From assembly GCF_009914755.1 (NCBI RefSeq), contig NC_060948.1: a stretch of 64,000 nucleotides of DNA; one strand, 5' to 3'. The translations under genes and the position numbers were made by a program. Positions 42,572 through 56,792 of this stretch are shown here, piece by piece. The DNA is from the human T2T-CHM13v2.0 reference genome, Homo sapiens. The notes beneath the pieces were generated by a model, which worked only from the letters and a program-made list of their open reading frames with translations, was not told the origin of the DNA and made no database searches. How positions within the stretch are numbered: the stretch's first letter is position 1; each line of letters starts with the position of its first letter.

Positions 42572-45500
42572 TCAAAAGGAATGTAATGGAATTGATTGGA
42601 CTGGAATGCAATGGACTCGAATAGATTGGAAACGGAATGCAAAGGAATGGAATGGAATAGTATGGAATGGAATGGAAAGGAATGGAGTGGAATAGACTAG
42701 AGTGGAATGGAATGGACTGGAAAGCAATGGACTGGAATGGAACTTTCTTGAATGGACTGGAATCAAACGGAATGGAATGCAATGCAATCAAATGGCATAG
42801 AATAAGATAGAATGAAAGAGAATCAAATGGAATTGAATGGAATGGAATCGAATGCATTGGAAAGGAATAGAATGGAATGGAATGGAATTGACTCAAATGG
42901 AATGGACTAGAATGGAATGGATTCGAATGGAAGGCAAAGGAATGGAATCTATTGGAATGTACTGTAATGGAATGCAATGGAAGGGATTGGAATGGACTCG
43001 AATGGAATGGACTGCAATAGAAAGGATTCGAATGGAATGAAAAAGAATTGAATGGAATAGAACAGAATGGAATCAAATCGAATGAAATGGAATGGAATAG
43101 AAAGGAATGGAATGAAATGGAATGGAAAGGATTCGAATGGAATGCAAACGAATGGAATGGAATCGAACGGAATGGAATAAAATGGAAGAAAACTGGCAAG
43201 AAATGGAATCGAAATGAATGGAGTGTTATGGAAGGGACTCAAAAGGAATTGAATGTAATAGAATGGAGTGGAGTGGACTCGAATATAATGGACTGGAATG
43301 GAATGAAATCACATGGAATGGGAACGAATGGAATGGAATGGAAAGGAATGGAATCGAATGGAAAGGAATCGAATGGAAGGGAATGAAATTGAACCAACAG
43401 GAATGGAAGGGATTAGAATAGACCGTAATGGAATGGACTCGAATAGAATGGACACGAATGCTCAAATTGAATGGACTCGAATGGAATGGAAACGAAAGGA
43501 ATGTCATCGAATGGAATTGAATCGATTGGAATGAAATCGCATAGAATGGAGTGGAATCAAATGGAATTGAATCGAAAGGAAAGGAAGCGAATGGACTGAA
43601 ATGAAATGGAATGGAATTGAATGGAAAGTAATGCAATGGAATAGAATGGAACGAAATTTCACGGAATGGAATCAAACTGAATGGAATCAAATCAATGGAA
43701 TCAAATCAAATGGAATGGAAAGGAATTGAATGGAGTAGATTGGATTGGATGGGATTGGAATGAAATGTACTGGAAAGGACTCGAATTTCATGAAACGGAA
43801 TGGAATGAATTGGAACGGAATGGACTCGAATGGAATGGAATGTCATGGAATGGCATCAAATGGAATGGCATCAAATGGAATGGAATCGAATGCAATGGAA
43901 TGCTATGGAATGGAATGGAATGCATTGGAATGGAATGTCCTCTAATGGAATGGATTCGAGTGGAATGGAATCGAATATAATGGAGTCGAATGAAATGGAA
44001 TTGAAAAGAATGGGATCGAATACAATGGAATATACTGGAATGTAATGTAATGAACACGAATGTAATTGTCTGGAATGGAATGTATATGAATGGAATGTAA
44101 TCGAATGGAAAGTAATCCAATGGAATAGAATCTAATGCAATAAAATCGACTCAGATAGAGTAGAATGTAATGGAATGGAGTGCAGTGCAATGGAATGGAA
44201 TGGAATGGAATGCAATGGAATGGAATGGAATGGAATGGAATGGGATGGAATGGTATGGAATGGATAGTAATGGACTGGAGTGAAATGGACTGGAAAGGAA
44301 TGGACTCAAATTGAAAGGGCTCGAAAGGAATGGAGACAAACGGAATGGTCTGGAATGGAATGAACACGAATGTAATGCAATCCAATAGAATGGAGTCGAA
44401 TGGCATGGAATATAAAGAAATGGAATCGAAGAGAATAGAAACAAATGGAATGGAATTGAATGGAATGGAATTGAATGGAATGGGAACGAATGGAGTGAAA
44501 TTGTATGCACTAGAAGAGAATAGAATGGAATGCAAGTGAAAGGAAAGGAATGGATTGGAATGGAAAGGAATTCATTGGAATGGAAGGGAATGTAGTGTAA
44601 TGGACAGGTCTGGAATAAAGTGGAATGCTACGGTCTCGAGTGGAATAAAAATGTATGGATTGGAATGCAATGAAACGGAATCGAATGTCATAGAATGTAA
44701 TGGAATGCAAAAAAATGGAATCCAAAATCATTGACTGGAAAGGCTGGGTGTCGAAAGGAATTGACTCCAATGGAATGGAATCGAATGGAATGGAAGTGAA
44801 TAGAATCGAACTAAATCGAATGGAATGGAATTGATAGGAACGGAATGGAAAGGAATGCAATGATTTGGCATGGAATGGAATCGAATGGCATCGAATGGAA
44901 TGGAATGGAATGCAATGGAATGGAATGTATTAGAATGTAATGAACTTTAATGGAATGTACTCGAAAGGATTTGACTGGAATGGAATGTTCTGGAAGTGAA
45001 TGGACTCCAATGGAATGGATTCGAAAGGAATGGAATCGTACGGAATGGAATCTAATGGAATGGAATTAAATGGAAATGAATCAAATTGAATAGCACGGAA
45101 TTGAATTGAATGGAATGGAATGCAATGGAATCTAATGAAACGGAAAGGAAAGGAATGCAATGGAATGGAATGGGCTGGAATGGAAAGGAATCGAAACGAA
45201 TGGAATGGAATCGAACTGAAGAGACTGGAATGGAATGCACTGGAATGGAAGGGAGTGTAATGGAAGGTTCTCGAAAAAAATGGAATCGAATGGAATGGAA
45301 TTGAGTGGAACGGAATAGAGTCGAATGGAATTGAATGGAATGGAATGGACTAGAGTGAAATGGAATCGAACCACAAGGAATGGACAGGAATAGAATGGTC
45401 TCGAATTGAATGGAATCGTATGGAATGGCATCAAACGGAATGGAATGGACAGCCACGGAATGGAATGCACTCGAATGCAATGGAGTCGAAACTAATGGAC

Positions 45501-46110
45501 TGGAATAGAATGGACTCGACTGGTACGGACTCCAATGGAATGGAATCGAATGGAAGGGAATCGAACGGAATGGACTCGAAGGGAAAAGACTGCAATGGAA
45601 CGGTCTCGAATGGAATGGAAATTAATGGAATGGAATGGAATCGAATGAAATGGAGTCAAAAGGAATGGAATCGAATGGCAAGAAATCGAATGTAATGGAA
45701 TCGCAAGGAATTGATGTGAACGGAACGGAATGGAATGGAATCCAAAGGAATGGAATAGAATGGAATGGAATCGAATGGAAAGGACTCGAATGGAAATCAC
45801 TCGAATAGAATGCAATTTAATAAAATAGGATCAAATGTAATGGAATGGAATGGAAAGGAATCGAAACGAAAGGAATGGAGACAGATGGAATGGAATGGAA
45901 CAGATAGCAATGGTATACAATGGAATGGAATCATCTGGAATGGAATTGAATGGAATGGAATAATATGAAATGGAATGGAATGGAATGGAATGGAATGCCC
46001 TTGAATTAAATGGACTGGACTCGAACAGAGTGGAATGGAAAGTGTTGAGATAGAATGGAATGGACTCCTTTGGAATGGTCTAGTATGCAATGCAATCGAC
46101 TGGCAGGGAA
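42572..46110 (+). repeat. DYZ1 unit U13 (3539 bp, subtype B, HaeIII site lost)
   Basis: Landmark spacing; gacaggtctgg at ~44607 replaces gacaggcctgg. Confidence 0.9.
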
Positions 46111-49100
46111 TCAAAAGGAATGTAATGGAATTGATTGGACTGGAATGCAATGGACTCGAATAGATTGGAAACGGAATGCAAAGGAATGGAATGGAATAGT
46201 ATGGAATGGAATGGAAAGGAATGGAGTGGAATAGACTAGAGTGGAATGGAATGGACTGGAAAGCAATGGACTGGAATGAAACTTTCTTGAATGGACTGGA
46301 ATCAAACGGAATGGAATGCAATGCAATCAAATTTCATGGAATAAGATAGAATGAAAGAGAATCAAATGGAATTGAATCGAATGGAATCGAATGGATTGGA
46401 AAGGAAGAGAATGGAATGGAATGGAATTGACTCAAATGGAATGGACTAGAATGGAATGGATTCGAATGGAAGGCAAAGGAATGGAATCTATTGGAATGGA
46501 CTGTAATGGAATGGAATGGAAGGGATTGGAATGGACTCGAATGGAATGGACTGCAATAGAAAGGATTCGAATGGAATGAAAAAGAATTGAATGGAATAGA
46601 ACAGAATGGAATCAAATCGAATGAAATGGAATGGAATAGAAAGGAATGGAATGAAATGGAATGGAAAGGATTCGAATGGAATGCAATCGAATGGAATGGA
46701 ATCGAACGGAATGGAATAAAATGGAAGAAAACTGGCAAGAAATGGAATCGAAATGAATGGAGTGTTATGGAACGGACTCAAAAGGAATTGAATGTAATAG
46801 AATGGAGTGGAGTGGACTCGAATATAATGGACTGGAATGGAATGAAATCACATGGAATGGGAACGAATGGAATGGAAAGGAATGGAATCGAATGTAAAGG
46901 AATCGAACGGAAGGGAATGAAATTGAATCAACAGGAATGGAAGGGAATAGAATAGACTGTAATGGAATGGACACGAATAGAATGGACACGAATGCTCAAA
47001 TTGAATGGACTCGAATGGAATGGAAAGGAAAGGAAAGTCATCGAATGGAATTGAATCGATTGGAATGAAATCGCATAGAATGGAGTGGAATCAAATGGAA
47101 TTGAATCGAAAGGAAAGGAAGCGAATGGACTGAAATGAAATGGAATGGAATTGAATGGAAAGTAATGCAATGGAATAGAATGGAACGAAATTTCACGGAA
47201 TGGAATCAAACTGAATGGAATCAAATCAATGGAATCTAATCAAATGGAATGGAAAGGAATTGAATGGAGTATATTGGATTGGATGGGATTGGAATGAAAT
47301 GTACTGGAAAGGACTCGAATTTCATGAAACGGAATGGAATGAATTGGAACGGAATGGACTCGAATGGAATGGAATGACATGGAATGGCATCAAATGGAAT
47401 GGCATCAAATGGAATGGAATCGAATACAATGGAATGCTATGGAATGGAATGGAATGCATTGGAATGGAATGTCCTCTAATGGAATGGATTCGAGTGGAAT
47501 GGAATCGAATATAATGGAGTCGAATGAAATGGAATTGAAAGGAATGGGATCGAATAGAATGGAATATACTGGAATGTAATGTAATGAACTCGAATGTAAT
47601 TGACTGGAATGGAATGTACATGAATGGAATGTAATCGAATGGAAAGTAATCCAATGGAATAGAATCTAATGCAATAAAATCGACTCAGATAGAGTAGAAT
47701 GTAATGGAATGGAGTGCAGTGCAATGGAATGGAATGGAATGGAATGCAATGGAATGGAATGGAATGGAATGGAATGGAATGGAATGGGATGGAATGGGAT
47801 GGAATGGGATGGAATGGCTAGTAATGGACTGGAGTGAAATGGACTGGAAAGGAATGGACTCAAATTGAAAGGGCTCGAAAGGAATGGAGACAAATGAAAT
47901 GGTCTGGAATGGAATGAACACGAATGTAATGCAATCCAATAGAATGGAGTCGAATGGCATGGAATATAAAGAAATGGAATCGAAGAGAATGGAAACAAAT
48001 GGAATGGAATTGAATGGAATGGAATTGAATGGAATGGGAACGAATGGAGTGAAATTGTATGCAGTAGAAGAGAATAGAATGGAATTCAAGCGAAAGGAAA
48101 GGAATGGATTGGAATGGAATAGAATTCATTGGAATGGAAGGGAATGTAGTGTAATGGACAGGCCTGGAATAAAGTGGAATGCTACGGTCTCGAATGGAAT
48201 AAAAATGTATGGAATGGAATGCAATGAAACGGAATCGAATGTCATAGAATGTAATGGAATGCAAAAAAATGGACTCCAAAATCATTGACTGGAAAGGCTG
48301 GGTGTCGAAAGGAATTGACTCCAATGGAATGGAATCGAATGGAATGGAAGTGAATAGAATCAAACTAAATCGAATGGAATGGAATTGATAGGAACGGAAT
48401 GGAAAGGAATGCAATGATTTGGCATGGAATGGAATCGAATGGCATCAAATGGAATGGAATGGAATGCAATGGAATGGAATGTATTAGAATATAATGAACT
48501 TTAATGGAATGTACTCGAATGGATTCGACTGGAATGGAATGTTCTGGAAGTGAATGGACTCCAATGGAATGGATTCCAAAGGAATGGAATCGTACGGAAT
48601 GGAATCTAATGGAATGGAATTAAATGGAAATGAATCAAATTGAATAGCACGGAATTGAATTGAATGGAATGGAATGCAATGGAATCTAATGAAACGGAAA
48701 GGAAAGGAATGCAATGGAATGGAATGGGCTGGAATGGAAAGGAATCGAAACGAATGGAATGGAATCGAACTGAAGAGACTGGAATGGAAAGCACTGGAAT
48801 GGAAGGGAGTGTAATGGAAGGTTCTCGAAAAAAATGGAATCGAATGGAATGCAATTGAATGGAACGGAATAGAGTCGAATGCAATTGAATGGAATGGAAT
48901 GGACTAGAGTGAAATGGAATCGAACCACAAGGAATGGACAGGAATAGAATGGTCTCGAATTGAATGGAATCGTATGGAATGGCATCAAACGAAATGGAAT
49001 GGACAGCCACGGAATGGAATGCACTCGAATGCAATGGAGTCGAAACTAATGGACTGGAATAGAATGGACTCGACTGGTAAGGACTCCAAAGGAATGGAAT

Positions 49101-49689
49101 CGAATGGAAGGGAAACGAACGGAATGGACTCGAAGGGAAAAGACTGCAATGGAAAGGTCTCGAATGGAATGGAAATTAATGGAATGGAATGGAATCGAAT
49201 GAAATGGAGTCAAAAGGAATGGAATCGAATGGCAAGAAATCGAATGTAATGGAATCGCAAGGAATTGATGTGAACGGAACGGAATGGAATGGAATCCAAA
49301 GGAATGGAATAGAATGGAATGGAATCGAATGGAAAGGACTCGAATGGAAATCACTCGAATAGAATGCAATTTAATAAAATAGGATCAAATGTAATGGAAT
49401 GGAATGGAAAGGAATCGAAACGAAAGGAATGGAGACAGATGGAATGGAATGGAACAGAGAGCAATGGTATAGAATGGAATGGAATCATCTGGAATGGAAT
49501 TGAATGGAATGGAATAATATGAAATGGAATGGAATGGAATGGAATGGAATGGAATGGAATGGAATGCCCTTGAATTAAATGGACTGGAATGGAATGGACT
49601 CGAACAGAGTGGAATGAAAAGTGTTGAGATAGAATGGAATGGACTCCTTTGGAATGGTGTAGTATGCAATGTAATCGACTGGCAGGGAA
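46111..49689 (+). repeat. DYZ1 unit U14 (3579 bp, subtype B)
   Basis: Landmark spacing; HaeIII at 48161. Confidence 0.9.
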
Positions 49690-52600
49690 TCAAAAGGAAT
49701 GTAATCGAATGGATTGGACTGGAATGCAATGGACTCGAATAGATTGGAAACGGAATGCAAAGGAATGGAATGGAATAGTATGGAATGGAATGGAAAGGAA
49801 TGGAGTGGAATAGACTAGAGTGGAATGGAATGGACTGGAAAGCAATGGACTGGAATGGAACTTTCTTGAATGGACTGGAATCAAACGGAATGGAATGCAA
49901 TGCAATCAAATGGCATGGAATAAAATAGAATGAAAGAGAATCAAATGGAATTGAATCGAATGGAATCGAATGGATTGGAAAGGAATAGAATGGAATGGAA
50001 TGGAATTGACTCAAATGGAATGGACTAGAATGGAATGGATTCGAATGGAAGGCAAAGGAATGGAATCTATTGGAATGGACTGTAATGGAATGGAATGGAA
50101 GGGATTGAAATGGACTCGAATGGAATGGACTGCAATAGAAAGGATTCGAATGGAATGAAAAAGAATTGAATGGAATAGAACAGAATGGAATCAAATCGAA
50201 TGAAATGGAATGGAATAGAAAGGAATGGAATGAAATGGAATGGAAAGGATTCGAATGGAATGCAATCGAATGGAATGGAATCGAACGGAATGGAATAAAA
50301 TGGAAGAAAACTGGCAAGAAATGGAATCGAAATGAATGGAGTGTTATGGAACGGACTCAAAAGGAATTGAATGTAATAGAATGGAGTGGAGTGGACTCGA
50401 ATATAATGGACTGGAATGGAATGAAATCACATGGAATGGGAACGAATGGAATGGAATGGAAAGGAATGGAATGGAATGGAAAGGAATCGAATGGAAGGGA
50501 ATGAAATTGAATCAACAGGAATGGAAGGGAATAGAATAGACGGTAATGGAATGGACTCGAATAGAATGGACACGAATGCTCAAATTGAATGGACTCGAAA
50601 GGAATGGAAAGGAAAGGAATGTCATCGAATGGAATTGAATCGATTGGAATGAAATCGCATAGAATGGAGTGGAATCAAATGGAATTGAATCGAAAGGAAA
50701 GGAAGCGAATGGACTGAAATGAAATGGAATGGAATTGAATGGAAAGTAATGCAATGGAATAGAATGGAACGAAATTTCACGGAATGGAATCAAACTGAAT
50801 GGAATCAAATCAATGGAATCTAATCAAATGGAATGGAAAGGAATTGAATGGAGTAGATTGGATTGGATGGGATTGGAATGAAATGTACTGGAAAGGACTC
50901 GAATTTCATGAAACGGAATGGAATGAATTGGAACGGAATGGACTCGAATGGAATGGAATGTCATCGAATGGCATCAAATGGAATGGCATCAAATGGAATG
51001 GAATCGAATGCAATGGAATGCTATGGAATGGAATGGAATGCATTGGAATGGAATGTCCTCTAATGGAATGGATTCGAGTGGAATGGAATCGAATATAATG
51101 GAGTCGAATGAAATGGAATTGAAAAGAATGGGATCGAATACAATGGAATATACTGGAATGTAATGTAATGAACTCGAATGTAATTGACTGGAATGGAATG
51201 TACATGAATGGAATGTAATCGAATAGAAAGTAATCCAATGGAATAGAATGTAATGCAATAAAATCGACTCAGATAGAGTAGAATGTAATGGAATGGAGTG
51301 TAGTGCAATGGAATGGAATGGAATGGAATGCAATGGAATGGAATGGAATGGAATGGAATGGGATGGAATGGGATGGAATGGATAGTAATGGACTGGAGTG
51401 AAATGGACTGGAAAGGGATGGACTCAAATTGAAAGGGCTCGAAAGGAATGGAGACAAATGGAATGGTCTGGAATGGAATGAACACGAATGTAATGCAATC
51501 CAATAGAATGGAGTCGAATGGCAGGGAATATAAAGAAATGGAATCGAAGAGAATGGAAACAAATGGAATGGAATTGAATGGAATGGAATTGAATGGAATG
51601 GGAACGAATGGAGTGAAATTGTATGCAGTAGAAGAGAATAGAATGGAATGCAAGCGAAAGGAAAGGAATGGATTGGAATGGAATGGAATTCATTGGAATG
51701 GAAGGGAATGTAGTGTAATGGACAGGCCTGGAATAAAGTGGAATGCTACGGTCTTGAATGGAATAAAAATGTATGGAATGGAATGCAATGAAACGGAATC
51801 GAATGTCATAGAATGTAATGCAATGCAAAAAAATGGAATCCAAAATCATTGACTGGAAAGTCTGGGTGTCGAAAGGAATTGACTCCAATGGAATGGAATC
51901 GAATGGAATGGAAGTGAATAGAATCAAACTAAATCGAATGGAATGGAATTGATAGGAACGGAATGGAAAGGAATGCAATGATTTGGCATGGAATGGAATC
52001 GAATGTCTTCAAATGGAATGGAATGGAATGCAATGGAATGGAATGTATTAGAATGTAATGAACTTTAATGGAATATACTCGAATGGATTCGACTGGAATG
52101 GAATGTTCTGGAAGTGAATGGACTCCAATGGAATGGATTCAAAAGGAATGGAATCGTACGGAATGGAATCTAATGGAATGGAATTAAATGGAAATGAATC
52201 AAATTGAATAGCACGGAATTGAATTGAATGGAATGGAATGCAATGGAATCTAATGAAACGGAAAGGAAAGGAATGCAATGGAATGGAATGGGCTGGAATG
52301 GAAAGGAATCGAAACGAATGGAATGGAATCGAACTGAAGAGACTGGAATGGAAAGCACTGGAATGGAAGGGAGTGTAATGTAAGGTTCTCGAAAAAAATG
52401 GAATCGAATGGAATGCAATTGAATGGAACGGAATAGAGTCGAATGCAATTGAATGGAATGGAATGGACTAGAGTGAAATGGAATCGAACCACAAGGAATG
52501 GACAGGAATAGAATGGTCTCGAATTGAATGGAATCGTATGGAATGGCATCAAACGGAATGGAATGGACAGCCACGGAATGGAATGCACTCGAATGCAATG

Positions 52601-53233
52601 GAGTCGAAACTAATGGACTGGAATAGAATAGACTCGACTGGTAAGGACTCCAATGGAATGGAATCGAATGGAAGGGAAACGAACGGAATGGACTCGAAGG
52701 GAAAAGACTGCAATGGAAAGGTCTCGAATGGAATGGAAATTAATGGAATGGAATGGAATCGAATGAAATGGAGGCAAAAGGAATGGAATCGAATGGCAAG
52801 AAATCGAATGTAATGGAATCGCAAGGAATTGATGTGAACGGAACGGAATGGAATGGAATCCAAAGGAATGGAATAGAATGGAATGGAATCGAAAGGAAAG
52901 GACTCGAATGGAAATCACTCGAATAGAATGAAATTTAATAAAATAGGATCAAATGTAATGGAATGGAATGGAAAGGAATCGAAACGAAAGGAATGGAGAC
53001 AGATGGAATGGAATGGAACACAGAGCAATGGTATAGAATGGAATGGAATCATCTGGAATGGAATTGAATGGAATGGAATAATATGAAATGGAATGGAATG
53101 GAATGGAATGCCCTTGAATTAAATGGACTGGAATGGAATGGACTCCAACAGAGTGGAATGGAAAGTGTTGAGATAGAATGGAATGGACTCCTTTGGAATG
53201 GTCTAGTATGCAATGCAATCGACTGGCAGGGAA
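49690..53233 (+). repeat. DYZ1 unit U15 (3544 bp, subtype B)
   Basis: Landmark spacing; HaeIII at 51725. Confidence 0.9.
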
Positions 53234-56200
53234 TCAAAAGGAATGTAATCGAATGGATTGGACTGGAATGCAATGGACTCGAATAGATTGGAAACGGAAT
53301 GCAAAGGAATGGAATGGAATAGTATGGAATGGAATGGAAAGGAATGGAGTGGAATAGACTAGAGTGGAATGGAATGGACTCGAAAGCAATGGACTGGAAT
53401 GGAACTTTCTTGAATGGACTGGAATCAAACGGAATGGAATGCAATGCAATCAAATGACATGGAATAAGATAGAATGAAAGAGAATCAAATGGAATTAAAT
53501 CGAATGGAATCGAATGGATTGGAAAGGAATAGAATGGAATGGAATGGAATTGACTCAAATGGAATGGACTAGAATGGAATGGATTCGAATGGAAGGCAAA
53601 GGAATGGAATCTATTGGAATGGACTGTAATGGAATGCAATGGAAGGGATTGGAATGGACTCGAATGGAATGGACTGCAATAGAAAGGATTCGAATGGAAT
53701 GAAAAAGAATTGAATGGAATAGAACAGAATGGAATCAAATCGAATGAAATGGAATGGAATAGAAAGGAATGGAATGAAATGGAATGGAGAGGATTCGAAT
53801 GGAATGCAATCGAATGGAATGGAATCGAACGGAATGGAATAAAATGGAAGAAAACTGGCAAGAAATGGAATCGAAATGAATGGAGTGTTATGGAACGGAC
53901 TCAAAAGGAATTGAATGTAATAGAATGGAGTGGAGTGGACTCGAATATAATGGACTGGAATGGAATGAAATCACATGGAATGGGAACGAATGGAATGGAA
54001 TGGAAAGGAATGGAATCGAATGGAAAGGAATCGAATGGAAGGGAATGAAATTGAATCAACAGGAATGGAAGGGAATAGAATAGACGGTAATGGAATGGAC
54101 TCGAACAGAATGGACACGAATGCTCAAATTGAATGGACTCGAATGGAATGGAAACGAAAGGAATGTCATCGAATGGAATTGAATCGATTGGAATGAAATC
54201 GCATAGAATGGAGTGGAATCAAATGGAATTGAATCGAAAGGAAAGGAAGCGAATGGACTGAAATGAAATGGAATGGAATTGAATGGAAAGTAATGCAATG
54301 GAATAGAATGGAACGAAATTTCACGGAATGGAATCAAACTGAATGGAATCAAATCAATGGAATCAAATCAAATGGAATGGAAAGGAATTGAATGGAGTAG
54401 ATTGGATTGGATGGGATTGGAATGAAATGTACTGGAAAGGACTCGAATTTCATGACACGGAATGGAATGAATTGGAACGGAATGGACTCGAATGGAATGG
54501 AATGTCATGGAATGGCATCAAATGGAATGGCATCAAATGGAATGGAATCGAATGCAATGGAATGCTATGGAATGGAATGGAATGCATTGGAATGGAATGT
54601 CCTCTAATGGAATGGATTCGAGTGGAATGGAATCGAATATAATGGAGTCGAATGAAATGGAATTGAAAGGAATGGGATCGAATACAATGGAATATGCTGG
54701 AATGTAATGTAATGAACTCGAATGTAATTGACTGGAATGGAATGTACATGAATGGAATGTAATCGAATGGAAAGTAATCCAATGGAATAGAATCTAATGC
54801 AATAAAATCGACTCAGATAGAGTAGAATGTAATGGAATGGAGTGCAGTACAATGGAATGGAATGGAATGCAATGGAATGGAATGGAATGGAATGGAATGG
54901 AATGGGATGGAATGGGATGGAATGGTATGGAGTGGATAGTAATGGACTGGAGTGAAATGGACTGGAAAGGAATGGACTCAAATTGAAAGGGCTCGAAAGG
55001 AATGGAGTCAAATGGAATGGTCTGGAATGGAATGAACACGAATGTAATGCAATCCAATAGAATGGAATCGAATGGCATGGAATATAAAGAAATGGAATCG
55101 AAGAGAATGGAAACAAATGGAATGGAATGGAATGGAATGGAATTGAATGGAATGGGAACGAATGGAGTGAAATTGTATGCAGTAGAAGGGAATAGAATGG
55201 AATGCAAGCGAAAGGAAAGGAATGGATTGGAATGGAATGGAATTCATTGGAATGGAAGGGAATGTAGTGTAATGGACAGGCCTGGAATAAAGTGGAATGC
55301 TACGGTCTCGAATGGAATAAAAATGTATGGAATGGAATGCAATGAAACGGAATCGAATGTCATAGAATGTAATGGAATGCAAAAAATTGGAATCCAAAAT
55401 CATTGACTGGAAAGGCTGGGTGTCGAAAGGAATTGACTCCAATGATATGGAATCGAATGGAATGGAAGTGAATAGAATCGAACTAAATCGAATGGAATGG
55501 AATTGATAGGAACGGAATGGAAAGGAATGCAATGAATTGGCATGGAATGGAATCGAATGGCATCGAATGGAATGGAATGGAATGCAATGGAATGGAATGT
55601 ATTAGAATGTAATGAACTTTAATGGAATGTACTCGAATGGATTCGACTGGAATGGAATGTTCTGGAAGTGAATGGACTCCAATGGAATGGATTCAAAAGG
55701 AATGGAATCGTACGGAATGGAATCTAATGGAATGGAATTAAATGGAAATGAATCAAATTGAATAGCACGGAATTGAATTGAATGGAATGGAATGCAATGG
55801 AATCTAATGAAACGGAAAGGAAAGGAATGGAATGGAATGGAATGGGCTGGAATGGAAAGGAATCGAAACGAATGGAATGGAATCGAACTGAAGAGACTGG
55901 AATGGAATGCACTGGAATGGAAGGGAGTGTAATGGAAGGTTCTCGAAAAAAATGGAATCGAATGGAATGGAATTGAATGGAACGGAATAGAGTCGAATGG
56001 AATTGAATGGAATGGAATGGACTAGAGTGAAATGGAATCGAACCGCAAGGAATGGACAGGAATAGAATGGTCTCGAATTGAATGGAATCGTATGGAATGG
56101 CATCAAACGGAATGGAATGGACAGCCACGGAATGGAATGCACTCGAATGCAATGGAGTCGAAACTAATGGACTGGAATAGAATGGACTCGACTGGTACGG

Positions 56201-56792
56201 ACTCCAATGGAATGGAATCGAATGGAAGGGAATCGAACGGAATGGACTCGAAGGGAAAAGACTGCAATGGAAAGGTCTCGAATGGAATGGAAATTAATGG
56301 AATGGAATGGAATCGAATGAAATGGAGTCAAAAGGAATGGAATCGAATGGCAAGAAATCGAATGTAATGGAATCGCAAGGAATTGATGTGAACGGAACGG
56401 AATGGAATGGAATCCAAAGGAATGGAATAGAATGGAATGGAATCGAATGGAAAGGACTCGAATGGAAATCACTCGAATAGAATGCAATTTAATAAAATAG
56501 GATCAAATGTAATGGAATGGAATGGAAAGCAATCGAAACGAAAGGAATGGAGACAGATGGAATGGAATGGAACAGAGAGCAATGGTATAGAATGGAATGG
56601 AATCATCTGGAATGGAATTGAATGGAATGGAATAATATGAAATGGAATGGAATGGAATGGAATGGAATGCCCTTGAATTAAATGGACTGGAATGGAATGG
56701 ACTCGAACAGAGTGGAATGGAAAGTGTTGAGATAGAATGGAATGGACTCCTTTGGAATGGTGTAGTATGCAATGCAATCGACTGGCAGGGAA
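53234..56792 (+). repeat. DYZ1 unit U16 (3559 bp, subtype B)
   Basis: Landmark spacing; HaeIII at 55279. Confidence 0.9.
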
